Origin: an uncultured Candidatus Saccharibacteria bacterium
GTDB lineage: Bacteria; Patescibacteriota; Minisyncoccia; Phycocordibacterales; Zambryskibacteraceae
NCBI GenBank assembly: GCA_964349945.1
Contig: CAYGIH010000002.1
Coordinates: forward strand, 1 to 44,936
Length of the DNA: 44,936 nt
Reading direction: 5' to 3'
Below the pieces are notes generated by a model. That model was not told the DNA's origin, made no database searches, and saw nothing but the letters and a program-made list of their open reading frames with translations. The translations under genes and the position numbers were made by a program. Position 1 is the stretch's first letter. The number at the start of each line of letters is the position of its first letter. This document shows positions 11,378 through 21,393 of this stretch, piece by piece.

Positions 11378-11971
11378 ATGCTTGAATACAACGAAATTAC
11401 CGAACATAAATATGTGGTCTTCGAAGGAGAACCTTATGAAGTCCTAGACTCACACGTCTTCCGCAAACAACAGCGAAAGCCAGTTAATGCGACCAAAATG
11501 CGCAGTCTTCTCACTGGACGCATTGTTGAACATTCATTCCACGTCTCAGACAAAGTCCATGAGGCAGATATTTCTAAGCGTGAAGTTAAATATCTTTATA
11601 TGAACAAAGGTGAGTATTGGTTCTGTGAAGTTAAAGATCCTTCAAAGAGATTCGAACTCCCTGCTGTGATGGTTGGTGACGCTGGTAAATTCCTCAAAGC
11701 TAACATCATTGTAGATGCGATGATATTCGATGATGGTAAGAGTGAAGAAGGAAAAATTATCGGACTCAAGCTCCCTATCAAGATGGACCTTAAAGTTATC
11801 GAAGCTCATCCAGCAGTCAAAGGTAACACCGCCCAAGGTGGTTCAAAGATGGTGAAGGTAGAGACTGGTGCCGAAATACAAACTCCTATGTTTATCAAAG
11901 AAGGCGACATCATCCGCATCAATACAGAAACAGGAGAATATACCGACCGAATCAACGGGAATAGTTTCTAA
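11378..11971 (+). CDS. efp: Translation elongation factor P
   Basis: The sequence is EF-P-like throughout (VVFEGEPYEVLDSHVFRKQQRKPVNATKMRSLLTG...). The ATG at 11378 is preferred over the GTG at 11369, which would directly abut the -10 box. Confidence 0.9.
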   Translation: MLEYNEITEHKYVVFEGEPYEVLDSHVFRKQQRKPVNATKMRSLLTGRIVEHSFHVSDKVHEADISKREVKYLYMNKGEYWFCEVKDPSKRFELPAVMVGDAGKFLKANIIVDAMIFDDGKSEEGKIIGLKLPIKMDLKVIEAHPAVKGNTAQGGSKMVKVETGAEIQTPMFIKEGDIIRINTETGEYTDRINGNSF

Positions 11972-11977
11972 TCAATC

Positions 11978-12004
11978 AAAAAACTCCCCGAAGGGAGTTT
12001 TTTT
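11978..12004. terminator. Bidirectional rho-independent terminator between efp and rpsR
   Basis: The sequence reads an A-run, ACTCCC, cgaa, GGGAGT, T6-7. Confidence 0.75.
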
Positions 12005-12005
12005 G

Positions 12006-12209
12006 TTATCTGGTTATATAGGGCAGAAATCCCATGAATCTCGCACGTTTGATGGCCATGGAGACTGCTCTCTGGCTCTTGGCACTCACACCTGAACGTC
12101 TCTTTGCTTGAATTCGAGCATGAGGGGTCAAGAATTTCTTGAGTGTATCTACGTCTTTGTAGTCTACATACTCGATGTGGTGTTCTTTGAAGTAATCTTG
12201 CTTTTTCAT
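12006..12209 (-). CDS. rpsR: 30S ribosomal protein S18
   Basis: The ORF is 67 aa, with YKDVDTLKKFLTPHARIQAKRRSGVSAKSQRAVSMAIKRARFMGFLPY. Confidence 0.9.
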   Translation of the reverse strand: MKKQDYFKEHHIEYVDYKDVDTLKKFLTPHARIQAKRRSGVSAKSQRAVSMAIKRARFMGFLPYITR

Positions 12210-12231
12210 TTTGTTATTAATTTATTTTGGA

Positions 12232-12678
12232 TTAGAAAGGAATATCTTCTGGGTTAATATCTTCTTCTGGGTATTCAATGGTGTCTATTGGAGGCGGAGT
12301 TTGTTCGTTCCCTTTTGGAGCAACCGCTGGGGCACTTGTTGGTGCACCTCCAGCTCTTGGACCAAACTGCACCCTATCAGCAACAATTTCTGTTCGATAG
12401 TTTTTCTTGCCATCTGGACTATCCCAGCTTCGAGTTTGCATTCTTCCTTCAACCATTGCGCTGGCTCCCTTTCTTAGAAATTGAGCCGCTGTTTCTGCTT
12501 GTCTTCCGAATACGACAACGTTGTGATAATCAACTGATTCTTGCTTGGCACCATTTTTATCCTTCCAAACTCTGTTTGTAGCTAAAGACATAGAGCAAAC
12601 TTGAATACCCGAGGGTAGAGATTTTAACTCTGGATCTCTGGTTAGATTTCCTATAATGATTGCTTTGTTGTAATACAT
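12232..12678 (-). CDS. ssb: Single-stranded DNA-binding protein
   Basis: The OB-fold N-terminus reads NKAIIIGNLTRDPELKSLPSGIQVCSMSLATNR. The acidic tail ends in DIPF. Confidence 0.93.
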   Translation of the reverse strand: MYYNKAIIIGNLTRDPELKSLPSGIQVCSMSLATNRVWKDKNGAKQESVDYHNVVVFGRQAETAAQFLRKGASAMVEGRMQTRSWDSPDGKKNYRTEIVADRVQFGPRAGGAPTSAPAVAPKGNEQTPPPIDTIEYPEEDINPEDIPF

Positions 12679-12702
12679 TTTGGTGTGGTTAATCTAATAC
12701 GA

Positions 12703-13197
12703 TTATACTACCACATCCTCTACTACTACTTCTTCGGCTGGTTTCTCTATAGCCTCAAGAGCTTCTTCTTGAACTTCAACAATTGGATTCTCTAAAGCCT
12801 GTTCTTTTTCTGCACGAGCCTTGCGGGCTTCTGCAAATGTGAATGTTGTCTCTCGAGGAACTTTTATAAGAAGACATCGAAGGATTTCTTCTACTTTTTC
12901 TACTGTCTTTTTTATTTGTTCAACTTCACTTGAAGCGATTTCAAATTTCATCCAACCAACATAAGCGTCGTTAACCACATATTTCCTTGCACCAATAGTC
13001 TTGGACATCGCATAAGCGAGATCTTCCAAATATGGATCTTCGGAGTCTAATGGCTTGCCGCCTGCCTTTTCAATAATAGAAACAAGATTTGAGACCACTT
13101 TAGGGATATTGTCTTCGGTGACACTTGGTAGAACTAGATAACCTAATTCATATACTTGTGTAACAAAAACATCCTCGTGGTCTACTGTAGTGGACAT
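12703..13197 (-). CDS. rpsF: 30S ribosomal protein S6 with an acidic C-terminal extension
   Basis: The S6-like core reads YELGYLVLPSVTEDNIPKVV...DLAYAMSK. Position in the conserved rpsF-ssb-rpsR order supports the call. The ATG at 13197 is preferred; the ORF is open to a TTG at 13242. Confidence 0.8.
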   Translation of the reverse strand: MSTTVDHEDVFVTQVYELGYLVLPSVTEDNIPKVVSNLVSIIEKAGGKPLDSEDPYLEDLAYAMSKTIGARKYVVNDAYVGWMKFEIASSEVEQIKKTVEKVEEILRCLLIKVPRETTFTFAEARKARAEKEQALENPIVEVQEEALEAIEKPAEEVVVEDVVV

Positions 13198-13263
13198 CAG
13201 TTTGTTTATTAACTTATAAACCTCAGCCCCGAAGCTAAACAACGGGGTACAGTAGAGGTTTGG

Positions 13264-14046
13264 CTACTTTAGCACGATTTTATAGGCCCTACAAGCATTT
13301 TCTACTAGAGCTTTTTGGACTGTTTCAAGGTCTTCTCCCCGAATTTCGGCTATCTTTTTAACCACTTCTACGACAAAACTTGGTTCATTTCTCTTACCTC
13401 TATATGGGACTGGAGCCACCCACGGCGCATCTGTCTCAGACATAATCATGTTTAGTGGCGTATTTTTAATCACTTCATCATAATCATGAGTAAAGGTTAT
13501 AACCCCAGTGAAGGAGGTGGTAAAACCAATAGCCCAATATCTTTTGGCCTGTTCAAGTGACCCTGTAAAGAAATGAGAATTACCTCGAAGTCTTTCTCCA
13601 TACTCCTTCTTTAGTGGTTCTAGTATTTCTAGAACTTCATCATAAGCATCTCTAGAGTGAATCATGATTGGCTTATCATACTCAAGTGCAAATTCAATGT
13701 GTTTTAAAAATTCACTTTTCTGTCTCTCAAAATCTATCTCTTTTTTATTATGAAAAAAATCCAGACCACACTCCCCTACAGCCACAATCTTTGGGTGTTT
13801 AACCAAATCAACGAATAACTTTTTATCAAAGATTCTTGTTGGATCATCAACCGGATGTACACCTATACAGGCATAAACATTTTCATATTTTTCTGCAATC
13901 TCCACTGCCCACTTAGAAGATTCTAAATCTGTACCCACTACTATCGTGCCTGTCTCACTTAAAGCCAATCTCTCCATCACAGCCTCACGATTTAAATCGT
14001 AGTCGTGAAAATTTAAATGAGAATGAATATCAAAATACTTAAGCAT
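13264..14046 (-). CDS. tatD: TatD-family metal-dependent hydrolase
   Basis: FDIHSHLNF, VGECGLDF and other TatD-like motifs are present in a 260-aa ORF. Confidence 0.85.
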   Translation of the reverse strand: MLKYFDIHSHLNFHDYDLNREAVMERLALSETGTIVVGTDLESSKWAVEIAEKYENVYACIGVHPVDDPTRIFDKKLFVDLVKHPKIVAVGECGLDFFHNKKEIDFERQKSEFLKHIEFALEYDKPIMIHSRDAYDEVLEILEPLKKEYGERLRGNSHFFTGSLEQAKRYWAIGFTTSFTGVITFTHDYDEVIKNTPLNMIMSETDAPWVAPVPYRGKRNEPSFVVEVVKKIAEIRGEDLETVQKALVENACRAYKIVLK

Positions 14047-15478
14047 CTTTGCGTAGAAATAGGGGTTCAGATGGTTTTTTATTTTCTTTTATTAGTTTTA
14101 ATATTTTTTCTGAAGTCTCAGGCATAAACGGAGTAAGCGCCTCAGCCACACCCCCAAGACCACTAACAAGTTCAGCAATAATTTCTTTGGCCTTATCGTT
14201 ATCTGTCTTAACTAGTTTAAATGGTTCGGTTTCTTGAATTTTCTTATCCAACTCACCAATTTTTTCCCATATAATATTCATAGCCTTGGCTAGCTCAAAT
14301 TTTTCTAACTCTTCATTGGTGTTAAACACCGAGTGTTTAACACTTTTTGTATCTAAGTACCTCTCAGACATAGTAAGAATACGAGATGTGAGATTCCCTA
14401 TCCCGTTCGCAAGCCCAGAATTATAAGCTTCATTAAATCTTTCCCAAGTAAAATCTGAATCCTCAAAAGTTGAAAGTTCTCTACAAACAAAATACCTGAG
14501 TGCGTCTTTACCATATCTCTCTACTACTTCGTCTGGACTTATAACATTACCCAAAGATTTAGACATTTTTTGGCCATTGGCTCCTTGAATAAAGCCGTTT
14601 ATTACTATTTGGTGAGAATAAGGTAGACCAGCAGATTGAAGCATGGCTTGCCACATTGCACTCTGCTGACGGAGATTATCCTTGCCCGCATATTGAGTTG
14701 GGTTACCATCTCTCCAAAATTTATTAAACGTTTCTTCATCCTCAGGCCAACCTAGTGTTGAAATATAATTTTCCAGCGCATCAAACCAAACATACATCAC
14801 ATGTTCTGAATCTCCAGGCACTGGTACCCCCCAACTCATCTTGGACTTCAAACGCGAGATAGAGAAATCTTCGAGCCCCCTTTCTACAAACGATTTTATC
14901 TCATTGAATCTAAAATCAGGCACAACGAAGTTTGAATTATTTTTATACAAATCAAGAAGAGGTTTTTGGTATTTAGAAAATCTAAAGAAATAATTTTCTT
15001 CTTCCCTTACCTCGAGTTCAAGATGAGGATGAACGATACAGTGGCCATTGTCTATTTCAGAGTCCGTCTTCTCAAGTTCACATCCCACACAGTATTTAAT
15101 CGTATAATTTTTCTTATAGATATCTCCGTTCGCCTCACACTTCTTCCAAAATTCTTGTGCGGACCTTATATGGTGTTCATCGGTTGTACGAATGAAATGC
15201 ACATCTGGACTAATGCCGAGTAGTGGGATAAGACTCTTAAAACTTTCTACAGAATTATCGACATATTTCTGAGTTTCAACACCAGCTTCTTTGGCCTTCT
15301 CATAGATCTTTTGTCCATGTTCGTCTGTGCCAGTATTAAAAAATACTTCAAAACCTTGAGATTTTTTCCACCTTGCTATTACATCAGCACGGATTATTTC
15401 CATGGCAAACCCAATATGTGGCTCTGCATTCACATACGGGAGAGTTGTTGTAATATAAAAACTTTTTTGTTCCCTCAT
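14039..15478 (-). CDS. metG: Methionyl-tRNA synthetase (short form, no C-terminal tRNA-binding domain)
   Basis: The HIGH-region reads PYVNAEPHIGF and the KMSKS motif reads KMSKSLGN. A Zn knuckle reads CVGCE...HC. The ORF is 479 aa. Confidence 0.93.
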   Translation of the reverse strand: MREQKSFYITTTLPYVNAEPHIGFAMEIIRADVIARWKKSQGFEVFFNTGTDEHGQKIYEKAKEAGVETQKYVDNSVESFKSLIPLLGISPDVHFIRTTDEHHIRSAQEFWKKCEANGDIYKKNYTIKYCVGCELEKTDSEIDNGHCIVHPHLELEVREEENYFFRFSKYQKPLLDLYKNNSNFVVPDFRFNEIKSFVERGLEDFSISRLKSKMSWGVPVPGDSEHVMYVWFDALENYISTLGWPEDEETFNKFWRDGNPTQYAGKDNLRQQSAMWQAMLQSAGLPYSHQIVINGFIQGANGQKMSKSLGNVISPDEVVERYGKDALRYFVCRELSTFEDSDFTWERFNEAYNSGLANGIGNLTSRILTMSERYLDTKSVKHSVFNTNEELEKFELAKAMNIIWEKIGELDKKIQETEPFKLVKTDNDKAKEIIAELVSGLGGVAEALTPFMPETSEKILKLIKENKKPSEPLFLRKDA

Positions 15479-16561
15479 TTAATTTATATTCTCTAGTGCT
15501 TCATTAAGTACCTTTTTGTCTGCCTCAAGATCTGCAAAATATTCCATAATAATAGTGGCCACAGGGACTGAGATAACAATCCCTAGAAATCCTCCAAGTG
15601 CTCCTCCCACCAATAGAGCAATAATAGAAACCATCGGAGGCACTCCCACCACCTTCTTTACCACCAAAGGATAAATAAGATGATTTTCAAATTGTTGGAC
15701 AATTAAGAATAAACCAACCACTACTAAGGATTGAGTCATCCCACCTGAAAAAGCGATGAGGACCGCGGGAATGGCTGCAATAACTGGTCCAAATAAAGGT
15801 ATTATTTCAAGTATGCCGGCTACAGCTGCTAGCAACAACGCATGCTCTACTCCAATAAGTAATAACCCTAAATATACTAAAACCATCACTATAACAGCCA
15901 AGATTACTTGTCCCTGCATCCATAGCCCAATCTTGTTTTGTGATCTCTTCCACAAACTCAAAATGTACTTTTCTTGCTTCCATGGTGTTACAACTTTTAG
16001 GAACTTCCCCACTCCATCTTCTTGAACAGCAAGGTAAAAGGAAAGAATAACAATAATAATAAAACTAAAGAATCCTCCAAAAATAAACGAGACGCTTGAA
16101 AACACTCCTTTAGAAAATGACTCTACAAAAGAATTCACATGTTCAACCAAATCAGTCATTGAAACAGCGTTCGTTACATTATTAAAAATACTAGATGAAC
16201 CAAACGCATTCAAAAACATCGGATCACTTGCCATGGCGCTAGAATATTCTGGGAATGATCTTATGAACCCAGAGAATTCTCCAAGAAGCGGAAGGATTAG
16301 AAAATAAAATATTCCAGCGAAAATAATAGCTACTGATATGTATAAAACCAAAATGGTTGGCACACGAGGAATCCTTTTTCTCTTGGCCCATGTTGCCACA
16401 GGTTCAACCGCAGAAGCAATGACTATAGAGGTTAAAAATATCAAAAGTAAGTCCTTAATTAGAAACAAACCAGCAAAAGCGATGAGGACTAAAATCCCCC
16501 TTACCCAGCTTCCTGTGGTTATGGACAATTCTGTTTCTTGTTTGTTTGATCGATCTGTCAT
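15479..16561 (-). CDS. AI-2E (PerM/YhhT) family transporter
   Basis: This is a 360-aa polytopic membrane protein. EIIPLFGPVIAAIPAVLIAF is typical of the AI-2E family. Confidence 0.8.
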   Translation of the reverse strand: MTDRSNKQETELSITTGSWVRGILVLIAFAGLFLIKDLLLIFLTSIVIASAVEPVATWAKRKRIPRVPTILVLYISVAIIFAGIFYFLILPLLGEFSGFIRSFPEYSSAMASDPMFLNAFGSSSIFNNVTNAVSMTDLVEHVNSFVESFSKGVFSSVSFIFGGFFSFIIIVILSFYLAVQEDGVGKFLKVVTPWKQEKYILSLWKRSQNKIGLWMQGQVILAVIVMVLVYLGLLLIGVEHALLLAAVAGILEIIPLFGPVIAAIPAVLIAFSGGMTQSLVVVGLFLIVQQFENHLIYPLVVKKVVGVPPMVSIIALLVGGALGGFLGIVISVPVATIIMEYFADLEADKKVLNEALENIN

Positions 16562-16609
16562 ACGACTATCATAGCACCTCAGAAGCTTCCTTGAAAACTG
16601 AGTCTAAAT

Positions 16610-17878
16610 TTAGATTTTAAGGATTTTTTGAAGTGATTTTTTGTCTAAACCCTTGCCCACCACAGCTAAATTCAAGGTTTCATTCTTAAATAATTCCTTA
16701 GCTACTCTCTGGATATCCTTAGTCGTCACCTTTCTTATTTCTTCTTCCATTTCATTTAGAGTTTTTATTTTACCTGCTGTGGCCTCTTCTGTGGCATAAA
16801 ACGTAGCTAAAGAATCTGTGGTTTCTAAACCCATATAAAGGTGACCAACCATATAATCTTTGGTTTTTTGAAGTTCTTTTTCTGAAATTGGTTCAGTGAT
16901 TAGGGTTTTTAGTTCATTTAAGATCGCTTTTATAACTTCGTTTACCCTACTTTTCTCTATACCAGTCACCACTCCCGCCATCCCATGATCGGTAAATGGA
17001 TCATTAAAACTGATGACATAGTAGCAAGCCCCCATCTCTGTTCTAATTTTTCTATATAACCTTGAAGAGAAGCCTCCACCAAGTATTTGAGCAAGTACTG
17101 ATAAAGCTGGCGTCCTTTTGTCATTGATTTTATAGCTTCTAAAGGCAATGGCCATATGAATTTGATCAGTCTCTTTTTCTTTAATAATAACAGCTGGGGT
17201 CTTTTGCGCTTCTTTTAATTTACCTTTCTTGGCTTTTTTAGCTGTAGAAATTTTAGAAAAATACTTCTCTACTGATTTCTCTACATTTTTTGGATTCACA
17301 TCTCCAGAAACAACCACAATTGTCCCTTCGGCTACATAATGCTTCTTTCTATAATTTATGAAATCTTCTCTGGTGAATTTTTTTATATTTTCCTTTGGTC
17401 CTATGACTGGTCTGCCTTCTGGTGTGTCACCATACATGAGTTTATACAAAGCCCACCAAACTTGTCTGTCTGGTTTATCTTCATTCATACTAATTTCCTG
17501 TAATATTACTCCCCGCTCCTTTTCTATATCCTCCTTTTTAAAGAGAGGGTCGAGATACATATCAGAAATAATATCTAGGAGTTTAACAAAATGTCTTTTT
17601 TCTGCTTTGGCATAATAGCCGGTAAATTCGTTAGAGGTAAAAGCGTTGTTGTATGCTCCAATATTATCGAATTCCAAAGAAATATCTAAAATCGTTGGTC
17701 TTTTGGTAGTACCCTTAAAACACATATGTTCAAGGAAATGTGAAAGACCGTTTTGCTCTTTGGTCTCATAATTTGAACCCGCCTCGACCATAACCATCAC
17801 CGTTACCGAAGGGTTGCCCTTGGTTGGTATCGTTATAACCCTTAAACCATTTTTTAATTTTGTCTTTGTATATTGCAT
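16610..17878 (-). CDS. M16-family (pitrilysin-like) zinc peptidase
   Basis: The inverted zinc motif HFLEH is present in GLSHFLEHMCFKGT. The ORF is 422 aa. Confidence 0.88.
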   Translation of the reverse strand: MQYTKTKLKNGLRVITIPTKGNPSVTVMVMVEAGSNYETKEQNGLSHFLEHMCFKGTTKRPTILDISLEFDNIGAYNNAFTSNEFTGYYAKAEKRHFVKLLDIISDMYLDPLFKKEDIEKERGVILQEISMNEDKPDRQVWWALYKLMYGDTPEGRPVIGPKENIKKFTREDFINYRKKHYVAEGTIVVVSGDVNPKNVEKSVEKYFSKISTAKKAKKGKLKEAQKTPAVIIKEKETDQIHMAIAFRSYKINDKRTPALSVLAQILGGGFSSRLYRKIRTEMGACYYVISFNDPFTDHGMAGVVTGIEKSRVNEVIKAILNELKTLITEPISEKELQKTKDYMVGHLYMGLETTDSLATFYATEEATAGKIKTLNEMEEEIRKVTTKDIQRVAKELFKNETLNLAVVGKGLDKKSLQKILKI

Positions 17879-17917
17879 GCGGAGAAGTGTAGCAAGAAAA
17901 TATACAAAAGAAAAAGG

Positions 17918-18133
17918 TCACGGCTTGCGTGACCTCATGGCATCAACCCTGCCTCGCAAAATGCTAATCATGCGAGCATTGCTGTTAAACACCCGCCACT
18001 GCTCATCGCTCATCTTGTCCATTCCCCCAACAAGGTTAACTAGAGCAATATTTCGCATTTGGGCACTTTCCAGATCATGAAGATTGAGTTTCATCTCCTC
18101 CTCTATCTGATCACATCCTCTTGGAATCCGCAT
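17918..18133 (-). CDS. Small hypothetical protein, higher-GC orphan gene with its own promoter, SD and terminator
   Basis: The ORF is 71 aa. A GGAGG SD lies 6 nt upstream of the ATG at 18133. A TTGACA -35 box lies upstream, and a terminator hairpin GGTCACG-caagc-CGTGACC plus a T-run overlaps the stop. A hand count of one 60-nt line gave ~50% GC. Confidence 0.6.
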   Translation of the reverse strand: MRIPRGCDQIEEEMKLNLHDLESAQMRNIALVNLVGGMDKMSDEQWRVFNSNARMISILRGRVDAMRSRKP

Positions 18134-18188
18134 CACCTACCTCCAAATGAGAGTTCTATAAACAACAATACATTAATTCCAGTTTTTG

Positions 18189-19406
18189 TCAAATACTAGT
18201 CTTCAAATCTTTAATAGCCACCCGTTTTTGCTCTCCAGTATCTCTATCTCTTAGGGTCACTGTATCGAGTAATTCCTTGTTTTCTCCCAAGGTATCAAAG
18301 TCTATGGTGATACAGAACGGCGTACCTATCTCGTCTTGTCTCCTATATCTCTTCCCTATGTTGCCATTATCATCAAAAACTACATTAGGAATTTCCTTTT
18401 TTAACATCACATAAACTTCTTTAGCCTTAGCCACGAGTTCTGGTTTGTTTTTTAGAAGTGGGAAAACGGCTGCACGAATCGGAGCAATCTCCTTTGGAAA
18501 TTTGAAATAATTTCTTGTTTCTCCTCCGAGTTCATCTTCTGTATAAGCGGATATAAGAACCGCGAGCATTGTTCGATCAACTCCAAGAGAAGGTTCTATC
18601 ACATGAGGAATAAATCTCTCTCCACTTTCTTCATCAAAATATGTTAAATCGACTCCGCTCGTGGTGGTGTGTGCCTGGAGATCAAAATCTGTTCTATAAG
18701 CTAAACCCCAAAGCTCCCTCCTTCCAAATGGATAATCAAACTCAAAGTCTATAGTGCGCTTAGAATAATGTGCGGGCTCCTTTACCTCAAGCTCATGGAC
18801 CTTATTTAAACCAAGTGCCTTGGCGAAATTTTGCATTATCTCTCTCCAATTTTCAAAATGCTTTTCCCAGTCTTCTTTCTTAGTAAAATACTCAACTTCC
18901 ATTTGTTCAAACTCTCGTTTCCTAAAAAGCCATTCTCTAGGAGCGATTTCATTCCTGAAAGCCTTGCCTATTTGAGCCAAACCAAATGGAAGCTTTGGAT
19001 GGAATGAATCAATGATATTTTTAAAATTCACAAACATACCTTGGGCGGTTTCAGGCCTCAAGAAACTTTCTATAGCATTCTCCCCTGCACCAACACTTGT
19101 CTTGAACATCACATTGAATTGTTCACCATTCTCAAGAGGATCAGCAAAACCAGCGACGTGTCCACTAGCCTCCCAAACTTTTGGATTCATAATGATGGCA
19201 CAATCAACCCCGAGCATATCTTCCCTCTCATCTACGAACATTTTCCACCAAAGTTTGATTATATTTTCTTTGAGCTTTAAACCAAGAGGACCAAAGTCAA
19301 AACTACCCGCAAGTCCTCCATAAATAAGAGACCCAGGGTAAACAAAACCTCTGCTCTTGGCTACTGCGATTATTTTCTCTAAAACGTCTGGATTTTTTTC
19401 TGTCAT
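18189..19406 (-). CDS. glyQS: Glycyl-tRNA synthetase (class II GlyQS type, shortened)
   Basis: RGFVYPGSLIYGGLAGSFDFGPLG, FLRPETAQGMFVNF, EPSLGVDR and an anticodon-binding C-terminus are present. The ORF is 405 aa. It seems to lack the insertion usually found between GHVxxFxDP and NxMFKT. Confidence 0.92.
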   Translation of the reverse strand: MTEKNPDVLEKIIAVAKSRGFVYPGSLIYGGLAGSFDFGPLGLKLKENIIKLWWKMFVDEREDMLGVDCAIIMNPKVWEASGHVAGFADPLENGEQFNVMFKTSVGAGENAIESFLRPETAQGMFVNFKNIIDSFHPKLPFGLAQIGKAFRNEIAPREWLFRKREFEQMEVEYFTKKEDWEKHFENWREIMQNFAKALGLNKVHELEVKEPAHYSKRTIDFEFDYPFGRRELWGLAYRTDFDLQAHTTTSGVDLTYFDEESGERFIPHVIEPSLGVDRTMLAVLISAYTEDELGGETRNYFKFPKEIAPIRAAVFPLLKNKPELVAKAKEVYVMLKKEIPNVVFDDNGNIGKRYRRQDEIGTPFCITIDFDTLGENKELLDTVTLRDRDTGEQKRVAIKDLKTSI

Positions 19407-19431
19407 GTATCGTATCTTATATATTTAAAGG

Positions 19432-21375
19432 TTATTTCACAACCATATCATTACCTTGGACATATTTTGGATCAGTATCAAAGCGGGTGGTCACTTGAGG
19501 GACATTAACCCTGATTGTCTCCTTAGTAAACGTGTCCGTCCCACTAAAACCGATATTTTGGGCTAGGAGTGGAGCTGTGTTTACTTGGCCAATAGAAGGG
19601 GTAAGGCTAACTTTAAAGAATACTTGCTTACCTGTGGCAGAGAACCCCGCCCCAGAAACCAAAGTCCCTACATTCCATTTGAAAGAATTGGTTGTCTCAT
19701 CAAACATAATATCTTCACTGCTTGGACTAGTTTCTCCTACCCATGTCACATTTGTCCCCAACGTCCCAAAAACAGCAGAGTCAACAATGTCGTTTTGAGT
19801 ATTCCCTAAAGTAAGAGAAATGGTATAGGTAGTTGGTTTGTCTGCCTTTGGGGGTGTCGAGCCGGAGTTAGTAAACGGTCCACGAGAATAAAGTGATTTT
19901 GCTGTGAGGCTTACTTCTGAAGCAATCTTCACTGACCCAGAGTCATTAGCTGACGTATTAATGGTGGTGTCACCATTTTGAGGCACAGCAGTAAAGTTAG
20001 AATTCAAAGATATCTCTGAATTCTTATTGCCAGAAGGAAGAGTGCTCAGAGAAGCAAATCTAAACGAAACCTGTCCTGTTGTCCCTGGCGAAATTGCTGA
20101 CAAATCATTTGTTTTTGACTTATCCCAAGTGATAGTGTTTTGAGAAGAATTATAAAATCCTCCATTTTGAGCAACTACTGAATATTTATCTAATGCTACA
20201 CCATTCAATTTTATTTGAATCTTCCCATTCACCACACTCTGAGGCAAATTATTAACATAATCAATTCTACCTTCAACAATTTTTCCTATAGGAGCAACAA
20301 TACTCGAGGACTCATCATTGTTTAAAAACAATTTTAGACCCAAAGAAGAATGGTTGATGCTTATAGTATTACTTTGGAGAGCAAGGGTGGCATCAAATTT
20401 TTGGTTGTTGTTTGGGCTAGCTACTCCTGCATAAAATCTAAATGTTCTTTCTTCTTTGTCCTCACCAGTAAGAACACCATTTATTTTCACTGTTTTTTTA
20501 TCCCCTGGAGCCATGTCACCTAGAACCCAAATATTTTCAGAGAGAATCGTTCTTGGATTTGAATCAATCATACTATAACCATAAGGATATTCACCTTTTA
20601 GTAGAACGTTTTTTAGTATTTCACTAGAATTAGAAACAATGGTCACAGTAGTAGTAAAATTATCACCCGAAACAACACTTGTTGGTTCTTCTACCGTCAT
20701 GGTCACAGGCGATGTGCCGATAGAAACATCATAAAGTTTTTCTTTAGTGAAAGTGGCATTCGAACCTTTTACTCCATAATCAATAGAAACTTTTATTTCT
20801 TTTGTATCAGCCTTTTGACCAAAAATGATTGCTTTAAGTACATGGTTATACTCTCCTCCAGAAACAATCGTGCCTACAGGAATTTTTGAACGAACCAGAG
20901 GTGCATTCGAATCATCAGGAGAACGAGTACTCGAAGGATATTCTATGAGTAAGTTGGTATTAGTGAGATCAGCATTGTTGTTATTCTTTATATTCACATT
21001 CATGTTTAAAACTTCTCCAGCCGAAATTGATGCTGGACCAAGGATAGTGATATCCACATTTTTTGAAGATATAAAATTAGATCCTCCAAGGAAAACATAG
21101 GCAGTAAACCCGAGCGTAAGGACAAAAAATACAACCGCCATAATAAATAACTTTTTCATAATTGGATGGGTTGGAGGTTTCCTGTTGTCACCTCTAATAA
21201 TGTCGTCTATGCTTTTGGTTTTCCAATCTGCTTCGAGTGTAGGTAAATCAAGTGGCTCAACAGTCGAGCGATTCATATTTGGGTTTTGATACTTCGTCCT
21301 AGAATAAAGAGCTTGGTCAAGTTCGCTCAACTTGCTCGCTGGCCTTTCTTTATCACTTTGAGGTTCATGCAACAT
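19432..21375 (-). CDS. Large membrane-anchored extracellular protein (repeated beta-sandwich, CARDB/DUF11-like by eye)
   Basis: The ORF is 647 aa with a single TM helix (LFIMAVVFFVLTLGFTAYVFLGG). The remainder is Ser/Thr/Asn-rich beta-rich sequence. Confidence 0.6.
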   Translation of the reverse strand: MLHEPQSDKERPASKLSELDQALYSRTKYQNPNMNRSTVEPLDLPTLEADWKTKSIDDIIRGDNRKPPTHPIMKKLFIMAVVFFVLTLGFTAYVFLGGSNFISSKNVDITILGPASISAGEVLNMNVNIKNNNNADLTNTNLLIEYPSSTRSPDDSNAPLVRSKIPVGTIVSGGEYNHVLKAIIFGQKADTKEIKVSIDYGVKGSNATFTKEKLYDVSIGTSPVTMTVEEPTSVVSGDNFTTTVTIVSNSSEILKNVLLKGEYPYGYSMIDSNPRTILSENIWVLGDMAPGDKKTVKINGVLTGEDKEERTFRFYAGVASPNNNQKFDATLALQSNTISINHSSLGLKLFLNNDESSSIVAPIGKIVEGRIDYVNNLPQSVVNGKIQIKLNGVALDKYSVVAQNGGFYNSSQNTITWDKSKTNDLSAISPGTTGQVSFRFASLSTLPSGNKNSEISLNSNFTAVPQNGDTTINTSANDSGSVKIASEVSLTAKSLYSRGPFTNSGSTPPKADKPTTYTISLTLGNTQNDIVDSAVFGTLGTNVTWVGETSPSSEDIMFDETTNSFKWNVGTLVSGAGFSATGKQVFFKVSLTPSIGQVNTAPLLAQNIGFSGTDTFTKETIRVNVPQVTTRFDTDPKYVQGNDMVVK

Positions 21376-21393
21376 AAATAAAGTATAACATTT

